Source: an uncultured Candidatus Rokubacteria bacterium (GTDB taxonomy: Bacteria > Methylomirabilota > Methylomirabilia > Rokubacteriales > CSP1-6). From it: a DNA stretch of 64,000 bases. Below are positions 38,596-47,663 of this stretch, one piece after another. Location of the stretch: the NCBI GenBank assembly GCA_963771355.1, contig CAVYTA010000006.1:1920001-1984000 (forward strand). Reading direction: 5' to 3'. Under the pieces are notes generated by a model. It was not told where the DNA came from, ran no database searches, and saw only the letters and a program-made list of their open reading frames with translations. The translations under genes and the position numbers were made by a program. Numbering within the stretch: the first letter of the stretch is position 1; each line of letters starts with the position of its first letter.

Positions 38596-39303
38596 CTACC
38601 TGCCGAGATACGCGTCCTGGATGCTCGACTCGGCCAGCACTTCGGCCGGCGTCCCCGTCGCCACCGTGCGACCCTCCTCCAGCACATAGACGCGGCTCGC
38701 GATCTCCAGCGCCTTGGTGACGTTCTGCTCCACGAGCAGGATGGCCACCCCCTCGCCGTGAATCGTGCGGATGATGTCGAACATCTGGTCCACCAGCGCA
38801 GGCGCCAGTCCCAGCGAGGGCTCGTCGAGCAGGAGCAGGCGGGGGCGGGCCATGAGGGCGCGGCCGATGGCCACCATCTGCTGCTGTCCGCCCGAGAGCG
38901 ACCCGGCAAGCTGGCGGCGCCGCGCGCCCAGGATGGGGAAGAGCCCGAAGACGCGCTCCAGCGCGGCGTGCCGCTCGCGGCGGGCCCCCGGCCGATAGGC
39001 GCCCAGCTCCAGATTCTCCTCCACCGACATGCGCGTGAAGAGCCGCCGTCCCTCCGGCACCAGCGCGATGCCCTGGTGGCAGACACGATGGGCGGGGACG
39101 GTGGCCAGATCCAGGCCGTCGAAGGTGAGCGTCCCCCCCTGCCAGCGATGGAGCCCGGCGATGCTGTTGATGAGGGTGCTCTTGCCCGCGCCATTGGGGC
39201 CGATCACCGACACCACCTCGGCCGCGTCCACCGCGAGGGAGGCGTCCCATACCGCGGGGGCGTCGCCGTAGCCGATAGCCAGGTGGCGGGCCTCAAGCAG
39301 CAT
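38596..39303 (-). CDS. livF: ABC ATP-binding protein, LivF-like
   Basis: GPNGAGKS, VPEGRRLF, LSGGQQQM, LLDEPSLGLAP. Confidence 0.9.
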   Translation of the reverse strand: MLLEARHLAIGYGDAPAVWDASLAVDAAEVVSVIGPNGAGKSTLINSIAGLHRWQGGTLTFDGLDLATVPAHRVCHQGIALVPEGRRLFTRMSVEENLELGAYRPGARRERHAALERVFGLFPILGARRRQLAGSLSGGQQQMVAIGRALMARPRLLLLDEPSLGLAPALVDQMFDIIRTIHGEGVAILLVEQNVTKALEIASRVYVLEEGRTVATGTPAEVLAESSIQDAYLGR

Positions 39304-41086
39304 GGCGCGTCCCGAGATACACCTGCACCACGCGCGGATCGCGCAGCACCTCGCGCGGCTCGCCGGCCGCGATCACCTCCCCCTCGTTGAGCACCACCAC
39401 CCGGTCCGACAGCTCCAGCACCGCCCGCATGACGTGCTCCACGAAGAGGATGGACGCGCCCTGCGCGCGGATGGCGCGGATGAGCCGCACCGCGCTGGCG
39501 ATCTCACCCGGATTGAGGCCGGACAGGACCTCGTCGAGCAGGATCACGCGCGGCCGCGAGGCAAGCGCCCGCGCCAGCTCGAGGAACTTGCGCTCGTGCA
39601 GGTTCAGCTCGGCGGGGCGCGCCGCCGCGCGCCGGCCGAGACCGGTGAACGCGAGCCACTCGCGCGCCTCCGCGCGCGCCGCGCCCGCCGCGATGCGCGC
39701 GGGGCCGAAGGTGGCGGCCAGCGCCACGTTGTCCAGCACCGTCAGGTTGAAGAAGGGCCGCGGGATCTGGTAGGTGCGGGAGACACCGAGCCGCGCGATC
39801 TCGTGGGCCGAACGGCCGGTGAGGGTGATCTCGCCCAGCGCGATGCGGCCGCGGTCCGCGCCGTAGTGGCCGCTCACGAGGTTGATCAGCGTGGTCTTGC
39901 CCGAGCCGTTGGGCCCCACCAGCCCCACGATCTCGCCGCGCCCCACCACCAGGCTCACCCCCCGCAGCGCCTGGATCCCGCCGAAGGCGCGGCAGACGTC
40001 CACGCACTCGAGCGCGCCCGACGCGGTGACCGTATCCGCCGCCGGCGGCGGAACCGGCGAGGCCGGCGACTCGATCACCGGCCGGCCCGGCTCCGCGGCG
40101 GGCCGCTCGGCGGCGGCGTCAGAGACGGCGGCCGCCGGCCGGCGGTGGAGGCGCCGCCAGCCGCGCAGCGACGCAGGCACCACGCCCTCGGGGAGGAGCA
40201 GGATCACCAGGATGAGAGCCAGGGCCACCGCCGCGCGCCCGAGCACCGCGGTCTGCCCGCCGGTGAACAGATACAGCGAGGCGGTGATGATCACCGCGCC
40301 CACCATGGGTCCCAGCCAGTGGCGCGCGCCGCCCAGGATGCTCATGAGCACGACGTACAGCGGCACCGTGATCGAGAACGTCTCGCCCACCGTCACGTAG
40401 CTCACGTACACCGCGTGGATGCCGCCCGCCACGCCGGCAATCCCCGCGGACAGCGCGAAGGCGATGAGCTTGTAGCGGAAGGTGGGCACGCCCTTCACCT
40501 CCGCCACGTCCTCGTCGTCGTGGATGGCGAAGAGTCCCAGTCCCAGCCGGGACCCCGCCACCAGCTTGGCGGTGGCCACCGAGAGCACCGCCAGCGCGAG
40601 CCCGAGGAGGTACACGGTCCCGGTGGGCGAGCCCACCAGACGCGGGATGGGCACGCCGCTCAGGTAGACGCCCGGCCCTCCGTCGATGCGCGTGTTGAGC
40701 ACGATGGTGGCGAGCACGAAGGTGATGGCCAGGGTGAGGAGCCCGAACAGCTCGCCGCGCAGGCGCCGCAGCCGGAAGACCACGGCGCCGATGCCCAGGG
40801 CCAGCAGGGCGGGGATCAGGCCCGCCACGGGGAGTGTCCAGAGGAAGGGCACCTTGAAGGACGCGGCGAGGGTGGCGGTGGTGTACATGCCGGCGCCGAA
40901 GAAGGCGCCGTGGCCGAAGCTGAAGTAGCCGGCGTAGCCGCTCAGGAGGCTCCAGCTCGTCGCCAGCGCCACCCAGGAAAAGATCAGATAGAGGAATGAC
41001 TCGTAGAAGGCGGGGAGCCCCACGAGCGGCAGGGTCGCCAGGGCCAGGCCCACCGCGGAGAGCGCCGCGAGGGGGCGCGCGTTCAC
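39293..41086 (-). CDS. Fused LivM-like permease / LivG-like ATPase
   Basis: N-terminal GYFSFGHGAFFG permease, Pro/Ala linker, C-terminal GPNGSGKT...RTYQIPRPF...LLDE. Confidence 0.88.
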   Translation of the reverse strand: MNARPLAALSAVGLALATLPLVGLPAFYESFLYLIFSWVALATSWSLLSGYAGYFSFGHGAFFGAGMYTTATLAASFKVPFLWTLPVAGLIPALLALGIGAVVFRLRRLRGELFGLLTLAITFVLATIVLNTRIDGGPGVYLSGVPIPRLVGSPTGTVYLLGLALAVLSVATAKLVAGSRLGLGLFAIHDDEDVAEVKGVPTFRYKLIAFALSAGIAGVAGGIHAVYVSYVTVGETFSITVPLYVVLMSILGGARHWLGPMVGAVIITASLYLFTGGQTAVLGRAAVALALILVILLLPEGVVPASLRGWRRLHRRPAAAVSDAAAERPAAEPGRPVIESPASPVPPPAADTVTASGALECVDVCRAFGGIQALRGVSLVVGRGEIVGLVGPNGSGKTTLINLVSGHYGADRGRIALGEITLTGRSAHEIARLGVSRTYQIPRPFFNLTVLDNVALAATFGPARIAAGAARAEAREWLAFTGLGRRAAARPAELNLHERKFLELARALASRPRVILLDEVLSGLNPGEIASAVRLIRAIRAQGASILFVEHVMRAVLELSDRVVVLNEGEVIAAGEPREVLRDPRVVQVYLGTRHAA

Positions 41087-41934
41087 GCGCGACCGGGCCT
41101 CAGCACGAGGATGAGGATGAGCAGCGAGAAGGACACCAGCGGCGCCCACGCCGGGGTCACCACCGCCATGGTGACGGACTCGCTCACGCCGATGAGGAGG
41201 CCGGCCAGGAGCGCGCCCACGGGATTCGCCAGCCCGCCGATGATCACTACCGCGAAGACCACGCCGAGCCAGGACCAGATCTGGGCGGGGGCCAAGGTGG
41301 AGATGAGGGCGATGAAGACCCCGGCCACGCCGGCATAGGCCGCGCTCACGCCGGAGAGAAGGAACGCCTGCGCGCGGTGATTGATGCCGAAGGCGGCGGC
41401 GATCTCCGGATCCTCGGCGCTGGCCCGCAGCGCCTTGCCTACATAGGTCAGCCGCAGCCAGGCCCAGGTGGCCAGCGCCAGCCCCGTCGCGGTGAGACCG
41501 GCGAGGAGCTCGAGGGTGGGGACGAAGAGCGGGCCGATGCGGCTCGACGTGCTCGCGTACGGCGTCTCGAAGCGGCGGAAGTCCGCCGTCCAGAACCACT
41601 GGATGAGGGACTCGAGGATGACGGTGATGCCGAAGGTGACGAGCAGCGAGGTGAACTCGGTGACCCGGAAGTAGGCGAACACCGCGTGGAGCCCGACGCC
41701 CAGCGCGAAGAAGGCGGGCACGATCACGAGCGCGGCGGCCCAGGCGGGCCAGTGGAACGCGGTGCCGAGCTGATAGGTCAGATAGGCGCCCAGGAAGGCA
41801 AGCGCGAAGTGGCCGAGGTTGACCAGGCGCAGCAGGCCCCAGCTCAGGCTGAGCCCGAGCGCGAGGAGCCCGTAGAGCCCTCCCGCGAGCAGCCCCGACA
41901 CGACCGACTGCCCGAGGAGGGTGACGCTCGGCAC
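41083..41934 (-). CDS. livH: LivH-like ABC permease
   Basis: LALGLSLSWGLLRLVNLGH, GKALRASAED, VIIGGL. Confidence 0.88.
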   Translation of the reverse strand: MPSVTLLGQSVVSGLLAGGLYGLLALGLSLSWGLLRLVNLGHFALAFLGAYLTYQLGTAFHWPAWAAALVIVPAFFALGVGLHAVFAYFRVTEFTSLLVTFGITVILESLIQWFWTADFRRFETPYASTSSRIGPLFVPTLELLAGLTATGLALATWAWLRLTYVGKALRASAEDPEIAAAFGINHRAQAFLLSGVSAAYAGVAGVFIALISTLAPAQIWSWLGVVFAVVIIGGLANPVGALLAGLLIGVSESVTMAVVTPAWAPLVSFSLLILILVLRPGRA

Positions 41935-43148
41935 TACGGCAGATTGATGCGGGCGCCCGGCGCCGCGAACTCCCTCGGCCACACCACCAGCCACTTCCCG
42001 TCCTGCACCTGGCGCATCTTCGAGAGGTCGTCGCCGTAGTTGTTGGGGCCGTCGAAGCGCAGCTTGCCTTCCACGGTATCGACCCGGTTCTTCCGCAGCC
42101 ACTGGGCCAGGACCTTGTCGTCGAGGCTCTTGGTGGCGGCGATGGCTGCCTCGAGGACCTGCCACGCGGCGAAGGACCCGGCGGCCTGGGTGTCCACCGC
42201 CGTGTACGGCAGCCCCGCCTTGGTGGCGCGCTCCTTGAACAGCGGCACCAGCCGCGCGGTGGCGGCGTCATTGGTGAACGGCGGATGCTCCTCGAAGAAG
42301 GTGTTCGACAGCGCGAGCTTGGCTTCCGGCGCGGTGACCATGGGGCCGGGGGCGGGGAAGAGGTGGAAGTGGCGCGGCGGCGAATAGTCGAGCTTCTTGA
42401 GCGCCTCGAGGAGCTGATTGCCGTCGAGCCCCAGCGCGCCCACCCAGAGGAAGTCCGGGTTGGCATCCTTCACCCGCGCGGCGATCGAGCCCCAGTCCCG
42501 CGTGCCGAACTCGTACTCGAGGTAGAGCAGGACTTTCAGTCCGCGCTTCTCGGCCACTTCGCGGGCGCCGTTGGACTGGTACTGGGCGGAGGGAAACTTG
42601 CTGGTGACGATGGCCACCGTCTTGGGCGGGGTCTTGGTGGTGGCCAGGCCGTCGAACACCATGCCGGGGACCGTCTTCTGCGGCTCGGGCCCGAAGGGCG
42701 CGACCGGGAAGTGCATCTCGTAGGTGGCCAGGTGCGGCATGCCGAAGCTGTGGTGGATGATCATCTTCTGGTAGCGCTGGGCCACGCCCATGGCAGCGAG
42801 GATGCCGCTGGTGGCGTAGGGCCCCATGATGAGGTCCACCTTGTCCACGGTGATGAGCTTCTCGTAGAGGCTGCGCGTGACGTCGGGCTTGGACTGATCG
42901 TCGAACAGCACCCACTCCACCGGCCGGCCCAGAAGACCCGTACCCCGATTGAGCTGCTCCACGTAGATCTCGCCCGCGATCTTGTGGATGAGGGCGGTGG
43001 GCGCGAGCGGCCCGGTCAGCGCCAAGGTGCTGCCGATCCGGATCGGCGGGCCCGCGGGCGCCGCCGCGGCCGGCAGCGCCGCGCCGACGAGCGCGAGCGC
43101 GGCCACGAGGGCGGTGAGACGACGCGTCAACCCACGGGTCTTGGGCAT
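41934..43148 (-). CDS. Amino acid-type ABC substrate-binding protein
   Basis: Signal peptide; IRIGSTLALTGPLA; GLLGRPVE..L.DDQS; YEKLITVDKVDL. Confidence 0.9.
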   Translation of the reverse strand: MPKTRGLTRRLTALVAALALVGAALPAAAAPAGPPIRIGSTLALTGPLAPTALIHKIAGEIYVEQLNRGTGLLGRPVEWVLFDDQSKPDVTRSLYEKLITVDKVDLIMGPYATSGILAAMGVAQRYQKMIIHHSFGMPHLATYEMHFPVAPFGPEPQKTVPGMVFDGLATTKTPPKTVAIVTSKFPSAQYQSNGAREVAEKRGLKVLLYLEYEFGTRDWGSIAARVKDANPDFLWVGALGLDGNQLLEALKKLDYSPPRHFHLFPAPGPMVTAPEAKLALSNTFFEEHPPFTNDAATARLVPLFKERATKAGLPYTAVDTQAAGSFAAWQVLEAAIAATKSLDDKVLAQWLRKNRVDTVEGKLRFDGPNNYGDDLSKMRQVQDGKWLVVWPREFAAPGARINLP

Positions 43149-43202
43149 GTCGGCCTCCACGGTGAGGAGCGAACGTGAGCTGTCGGTCGCCGAATGCTGC
43201 GG

Positions 43203-43231
43203 ACATTACCGACCGCCTCTGGCAATGTCAA
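43203..43231 (-). promoter_or_regulatory. Sigma70 promoter of the third ABC operon with an overlapping inverted repeat
   Basis: TTGACA-N17-TAATGT on the minus strand; gacatt(43202-43207)/aatgtc(43224-43229) inverted repeat. Confidence 0.6.
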
Positions 43232-43271
43232 CCGGCCCCGCGGCCCCTGGAAACGGTGGTAATCTCGCCCC

Positions 43272-43565
43272 ATGGCGACGACATTCATTCTCACCTGCCC
43301 CTGCTGCAATGGCCGCCTGACCATCGACCCCACCCTCGAGGCGGTGATCGCCCACGAGGAGGCGCCCCGGCCCCGGTCCGGGCTCGACCTCGGCGGCGCG
43401 CTCTCGACCCTCAAGGGCGCGGCGGCCCGGCGCGAGGAGCTCTTCAAAGAGCAGATGAAAGCCGAGCAGAACAAGGGCAAGATCCTCGACAAGAAGTTCC
43501 AGGAGAGCATCAAGAAGGCCAAGGACATGCCGGACAAGCCAATCAATCCGATGGACATGGACTGA
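43272..43565 (+). CDS. Small hypothetical protein with a CPCC knuckle and charged coiled-coil tail
   Basis: LTCPCCNGRLTIDP; Lys/Glu-rich helix; GC3-biased codons. Confidence 0.75.
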   Translation: MATTFILTCPCCNGRLTIDPTLEAVIAHEEAPRPRSGLDLGGALSTLKGAAARREELFKEQMKAEQNKGKILDKKFQESIKKAKDMPDKPINPMDMD

Positions 43566-43569
43566 GAGG

Positions 43570-44664
43570 TTGGCCGGTGCAGACCTGACCGGCACCCTCC
43601 TCAAGCGCGTCAGCCGGTCTTTCTACCTCTCCCTGGCGGTGTTGCCGCGGGAGATCCGTTCCACCGTCGGCCTGGCCTATCTCTTCGCCCGCGCCGCCGA
43701 CACCATCGCCGACACGCGGCTGCTTCCGCGCGCGCAGCGGCTCTTGCACCTGGCGGCCTTCCGCGAGGAATTCGACACCCCCGGTCCCGCCCGCCTCGAG
43801 GCCCTGCGGCAAGCCCTGCTGCACGCCCGGCCGCAGGCCGCGCCGAACGACATGGTCGGCGCCACCCGCGCGAGTCAGGCGCCGGAGGCCGAGCGCGCGC
43901 TCCTGGAGCGGCTGCCGGACTGCTTCGCTGCCTATCGCGCGCTCCCGCCCGCCGACGCCGCCCGCGTGCGCCGCGTGCTGGGCATTCTCGTCGAGGGAAT
44001 GCAGGAGGACCTCACCCGCTTTCCGGGCGAGGACGCGAGCGGGCTCGCCGCGCTGGAAACCCGCGCGGAGCTGGACCGCTACACCTATCTCGTGGCCGGT
44101 TGCGTGGGGGAGTTCTGGACCGAGATCCACGTCGCCCATCGGCCCCGGCTCCGCCACTGGGATCCCCCGAAGATGGCGGCGCTCGGGGTGCGCTTCGGCA
44201 AGGGCCTCCAGCTCACCAACGTGCTGCGCGACATTCCGCGCGACCTGCGCCAGGGCCGCTGCTATCTGCCGAGCCGCGACCTGGCGCTCCTGGGGCTCGA
44301 GCCGCGCGATCTCCTCGACCCCGCCGCGGGCCCGGCGCTCCGGCCCCTGCTCGTCGAGCTGCTCAACGTGGCGCTCGACCACTACGAGGCCGGCTGGCAG
44401 TACACCTTCGCCATTCCTCGCGGGGAGACGCGCATGCGCCTGGCCTGCGCCTGGCCGCTCCTCATCGGGCTGCGCACCCTCGACCTCCTCGCGCGCACGC
44501 CCAACTGGCTCGACCCCGCGGTGGTGCTCAAGGTCCCGCGCGTCCGGGTGTACGGCATGCTCGCGCGCTCGCTCGGCACGGTCTGGTCCACGCGCGCGCT
44601 CGGCCGGCAGGCGCGGCGGCTCCGCGCGCGGATCACGCGGGCTCCGGAGGGCTCCGCGCGGTGA
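43570..44664 (+). CDS. Squalene/phytoene synthase family protein (farnesyl-diphosphate farnesyltransferase-like)
   Basis: VSRSFYL, AYLFARAADTIAD, YTYLVAGCVG, GKGLQLTNVLRDIPRDLRQGRCYLP. Confidence 0.88.
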   Translation: MAGADLTGTLLKRVSRSFYLSLAVLPREIRSTVGLAYLFARAADTIADTRLLPRAQRLLHLAAFREEFDTPGPARLEALRQALLHARPQAAPNDMVGATRASQAPEAERALLERLPDCFAAYRALPPADAARVRRVLGILVEGMQEDLTRFPGEDASGLAALETRAELDRYTYLVAGCVGEFWTEIHVAHRPRLRHWDPPKMAALGVRFGKGLQLTNVLRDIPRDLRQGRCYLPSRDLALLGLEPRDLLDPAAGPALRPLLVELLNVALDHYEAGWQYTFAIPRGETRMRLACAWPLLIGLRTLDLLARTPNWLDPAVVLKVPRVRVYGMLARSLGTVWSTRALGRQARRLRARITRAPEGSAR

Positions 44665-44696
44665 GTGCCTAGCAGGGCTGCGGCAAAACTCGCCGG

Positions 44697-45908
44697 CTAG
44701 GGCCGGATGGCGCGGTAGGTCTCGGGCGCGTACCGCGCGAACAGCGCCGCCACCGCCACCAGCAGCACGGCCGTCGCGCCCAGCGTGGCCTCGGCGCCGG
44801 CGAGATCGGTGGCGAGCCCCAGCGCCACCGGGCCCACGACATAGCCCAGGTCCGAGAGCATGCGGTAGGTGCTCATGGCGGCCGCGTTCATGCCGGGCGG
44901 CGCCACGTCCGCCGCGTACGAGGCCGGCGCCGCGCCGCCCACGCCCGCGGCCACGCTCCACGCGATACAACCGGCGAGAAACCATGCGTACGTCGGGGCC
45001 AGCAGGAAGAGGACTAGGGAGACGCCGGAGATCACGGTGGCCGGCACGATCACCGTCTTGCGCCCGTAGCGGTCCGCCAGCACGCCGGAGGGATAGGCCA
45101 GCGCGAGCCCCACGATGCTGGCCACCGCCAGGCCGAAGCCGATCCGGTCGGCGGAGAGCCCCAGCCGGTCATGGGCGAGGATCGGGATCACGTTGAAGAG
45201 CCCACCGGTGCGCGCCACCGCCCCCATGAAGCTGGTGAGGCACACGAGCACGAAGCCGACCTGGCCGGTGAGGAGCCGCATCTGGGTGACGAATGGCGGC
45301 AGCGCGGCGGCGGGATCGGAGAGGGGATCGGCGGCGCCGCGCAGGCCGCGCGTCTCCGGGATGCTGAAGAAGGCCAGCGCGGCGGCCACCGTCCCCGCCA
45401 CGGCATAGGCCACGAAGGGCGCGGGCAGGCCGAAGTGCTCGGCAAGGAGGCCGCCCGGCAGCGGGCCCACGCTCACCGCGAAGAGAAACGTGCCCTGGTA
45501 CACCGCCATCACCCGCCCGCGCTCGGCGGGGGCGGTGATGTCGGCAAGGACGATCTGCCCCGTGTTGACCACGAAGGCCGCGCCCGCCCCTGCAATGAAG
45601 CGCGCCAGCACGAAGGTGGCGAAGTCCGGCGCGACGGCGCAGAGGAGATTGCCGGCGGCGGTGATGAGCCCGCCCAGCGCCAGCACGTTGCGTCGGCCGA
45701 GTCGGTCCGCGAGCTGTCCGGCGGGCAGGGCGATGAGGAAGCGCGCGAGGCCGTACACTGCGATGGCGACGCCGATGGCCGACTGGAGGACGTCGAAGGA
45801 GCGGGCGTACAGCGCGATCACCGGCACGATGCTCCCGAAGCCGAGCTGGTTGACCGCGATGAGCGCGCACATCCAAATCAGGATACGATTGCGGCCGGGG
45901 GCGGGCAT
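44697..45908 (-). CDS. MFS transporter
   Basis: GQLADRLGRR and GVLADRYGRK motif A repeats, about 12 TM segments. Confidence 0.88.
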   Translation of the reverse strand: MPAPGRNRILIWMCALIAVNQLGFGSIVPVIALYARSFDVLQSAIGVAIAVYGLARFLIALPAGQLADRLGRRNVLALGGLITAAGNLLCAVAPDFATFVLARFIAGAGAAFVVNTGQIVLADITAPAERGRVMAVYQGTFLFAVSVGPLPGGLLAEHFGLPAPFVAYAVAGTVAAALAFFSIPETRGLRGAADPLSDPAAALPPFVTQMRLLTGQVGFVLVCLTSFMGAVARTGGLFNVIPILAHDRLGLSADRIGFGLAVASIVGLALAYPSGVLADRYGRKTVIVPATVISGVSLVLFLLAPTYAWFLAGCIAWSVAAGVGGAAPASYAADVAPPGMNAAAMSTYRMLSDLGYVVGPVALGLATDLAGAEATLGATAVLLVAVAALFARYAPETYRAIRP

Positions 45909-45941
45909 GACCGCTACCCTGTATGAAGGAAAAAGGAGGCC

Positions 45942-46730
45942 ATGGCAATGGGATACGGCTTCGCGCTCTTCGCCGCCACACCCCCCGAGGTGATTCGCGC
46001 GTCCGCGCGCGAAGCGGAGGCCCTGGGTTACGATTCCTTCTGGGTCAATCACCCGGGCGCCGTCGACGGGCTGGCGTCCCTCGCCGCTGCCGCGAAGGCG
46101 ACAACACGCATCGCGCTGGGCATCGGCGTCATCCCGCTGCACACGCGCGGCCCCGAGAGCATCGTCGAGGGCGTGAAGGCGCAGGCCTTGCCGCTGGATC
46201 GCCTTCTGCTCGGCGTGGGGAGCCCGAATCCCGCGTCCCTCACCCGCGTGCGCGACGGCGTCGCCGCCCTGCGCGCGGGCCTCAAGACGCGTGTCGTGGT
46301 GGCCGCGCTGGGCCCCAAGATGTGTCACCTCGCCGGCGAGGTCGCCGACGGCGTGCTCTTCAACTGGCTGACGCCGGCGTTTGCCCGGCGCGCCGCCGAG
46401 TGGGTGCGCGCGGGCGCCACCGCGGCGGGGCGCAAGCCTCCCACCCTCTACGCGTATGTGCGGGTCGCGCTGGGCCCCGCCGCCATCGAGCGGCTCGGAG
46501 AGGAAGGCGCCCGCTACGCCGGCATTCCCGCCTACGCCGCCCACTTCGAGCGCATGGGCGTGAAGCCGGTGGACACGTGTATCGCCGCGATGACGCCGGA
46601 CGCCATTCCCCGGGCGCTGGAGGCCTGGAAGGGCGCGGTGGACGAGGTGGTGCTCCGCGCCATCACCGCGAAGGACACCGTGGAGGAAAACCTCGCGCTG
46701 GTGCGCGCGGCGATGGCGAAGCAGTCGTGA
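45942..46730 (+). CDS. LLM-class flavin-dependent oxidoreductase (short form)
   Basis: AEALGYDSFW, TTRIALGIGV, AALGPKM..LAGEVADGV. Confidence 0.85.
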   Translation: MAMGYGFALFAATPPEVIRASAREAEALGYDSFWVNHPGAVDGLASLAAAAKATTRIALGIGVIPLHTRGPESIVEGVKAQALPLDRLLLGVGSPNPASLTRVRDGVAALRAGLKTRVVVAALGPKMCHLAGEVADGVLFNWLTPAFARRAAEWVRAGATAAGRKPPTLYAYVRVALGPAAIERLGEEGARYAGIPAYAAHFERMGVKPVDTCIAAMTPDAIPRALEAWKGAVDEVVLRAITAKDTVEENLALVRAAMAKQS

Positions 46731-46755
46731 AGGACGGCCGCATTCACCAGGCGCC

Positions 46756-47652
46756 GTGAGCCGGACCGTCCCCTTCGTCCAGGCGGACATCTTCACCACG
46801 CGCCCCTTCGCGGGAAATCCCGCCGGCGCCATCCTCGACGCCGACGGCCTCACGGAGGGGGAGATGCGCGCGCTCGCGGTGGAGCTGCGGCTCCCCGGCC
46901 TGGCTTTCGTCACCCGCCCCACGGGGCCGGGGGCGGAGTTCCGCCTCCGCTTTCTCACGCCCGCCCGTGAGGTGACCTACTCCGGGCACACCACGCTGGG
47001 CGCCGTCCATACCCTGCTGGAAGCCGGCCGCATCCAGCCGGGCGCCACGCGCTTCGAGACGGGAGCGGGGATCGTGGCGGTGACGGTGGAGACGGCCGGG
47101 GACGACACCGTGATGTGGCTGGCGCCGCCGCTGGCGCCTCTTCGCCCGCCCGCGGCGCCGCTCGAGCCCCTGCTGTCCGCGCTCGGGCTCGCGCGCGAGG
47201 ACCTGGGCGCCTGGGCCGCGCCCGCGGTCACCGGCGACACGGATCTGCTCCTCCCCATCGCGGGCCTGGGCCCGCTGCGCGCGCTCCGTCCCGACCTGCC
47301 GACCCTCGGGGCCGTGGCGGAGGCGCGGGGCCTGCGCGGCACCTGCGTGGTTTCTCGCGAGACGGTGGAGCCGGGCTCGGGCACGCACTGCCGCGTCTTC
47401 GTCCCGCATTTCGGCGTGCCCGAGGACATCGTGACCGGCTCGGTGCATTCGCCGATGGGGCTCTGGCTCGCGGAGGCGGGGGCCCTCCTCCTCGCCGCGG
47501 GGCGGGCCGCCTTCACCGCGGAGCAAGGCGACACGCTGGGACGGCCGGGGCGCCTGCGTGTGGAGGTAGAGGGAGCCGGCGGCGCGGCGCCGCAGGTCCG
47601 GGTGGGCGGCTCCGCGGTCACCGTGCTGAGCGGAAGCCTCCGCCTGCCCTGA
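46756..47652 (+). CDS. PhzF-family isomerase/epimerase
   Basis: DIFT.RPFAGNPA, EVTYSGH, EDIVTGS, EQGDTLGRPG. Confidence 0.88.
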   Translation: MSRTVPFVQADIFTTRPFAGNPAGAILDADGLTEGEMRALAVELRLPGLAFVTRPTGPGAEFRLRFLTPAREVTYSGHTTLGAVHTLLEAGRIQPGATRFETGAGIVAVTVETAGDDTVMWLAPPLAPLRPPAAPLEPLLSALGLAREDLGAWAAPAVTGDTDLLLPIAGLGPLRALRPDLPTLGAVAEARGLRGTCVVSRETVEPGSGTHCRVFVPHFGVPEDIVTGSVHSPMGLWLAEAGALLLAAGRAAFTAEQGDTLGRPGRLRVEVEGAGGAAPQVRVGGSAVTVLSGSLRLP

Positions 47653-47663
47653 CGTCGCGCCGA

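Noticed and set aside
46756..47652. Phenazine biosynthesis cluster
   Set aside because: Only a PhzF-family homologue is present, without phzA/B/D/E/G, and it lacks the catalytic Glu
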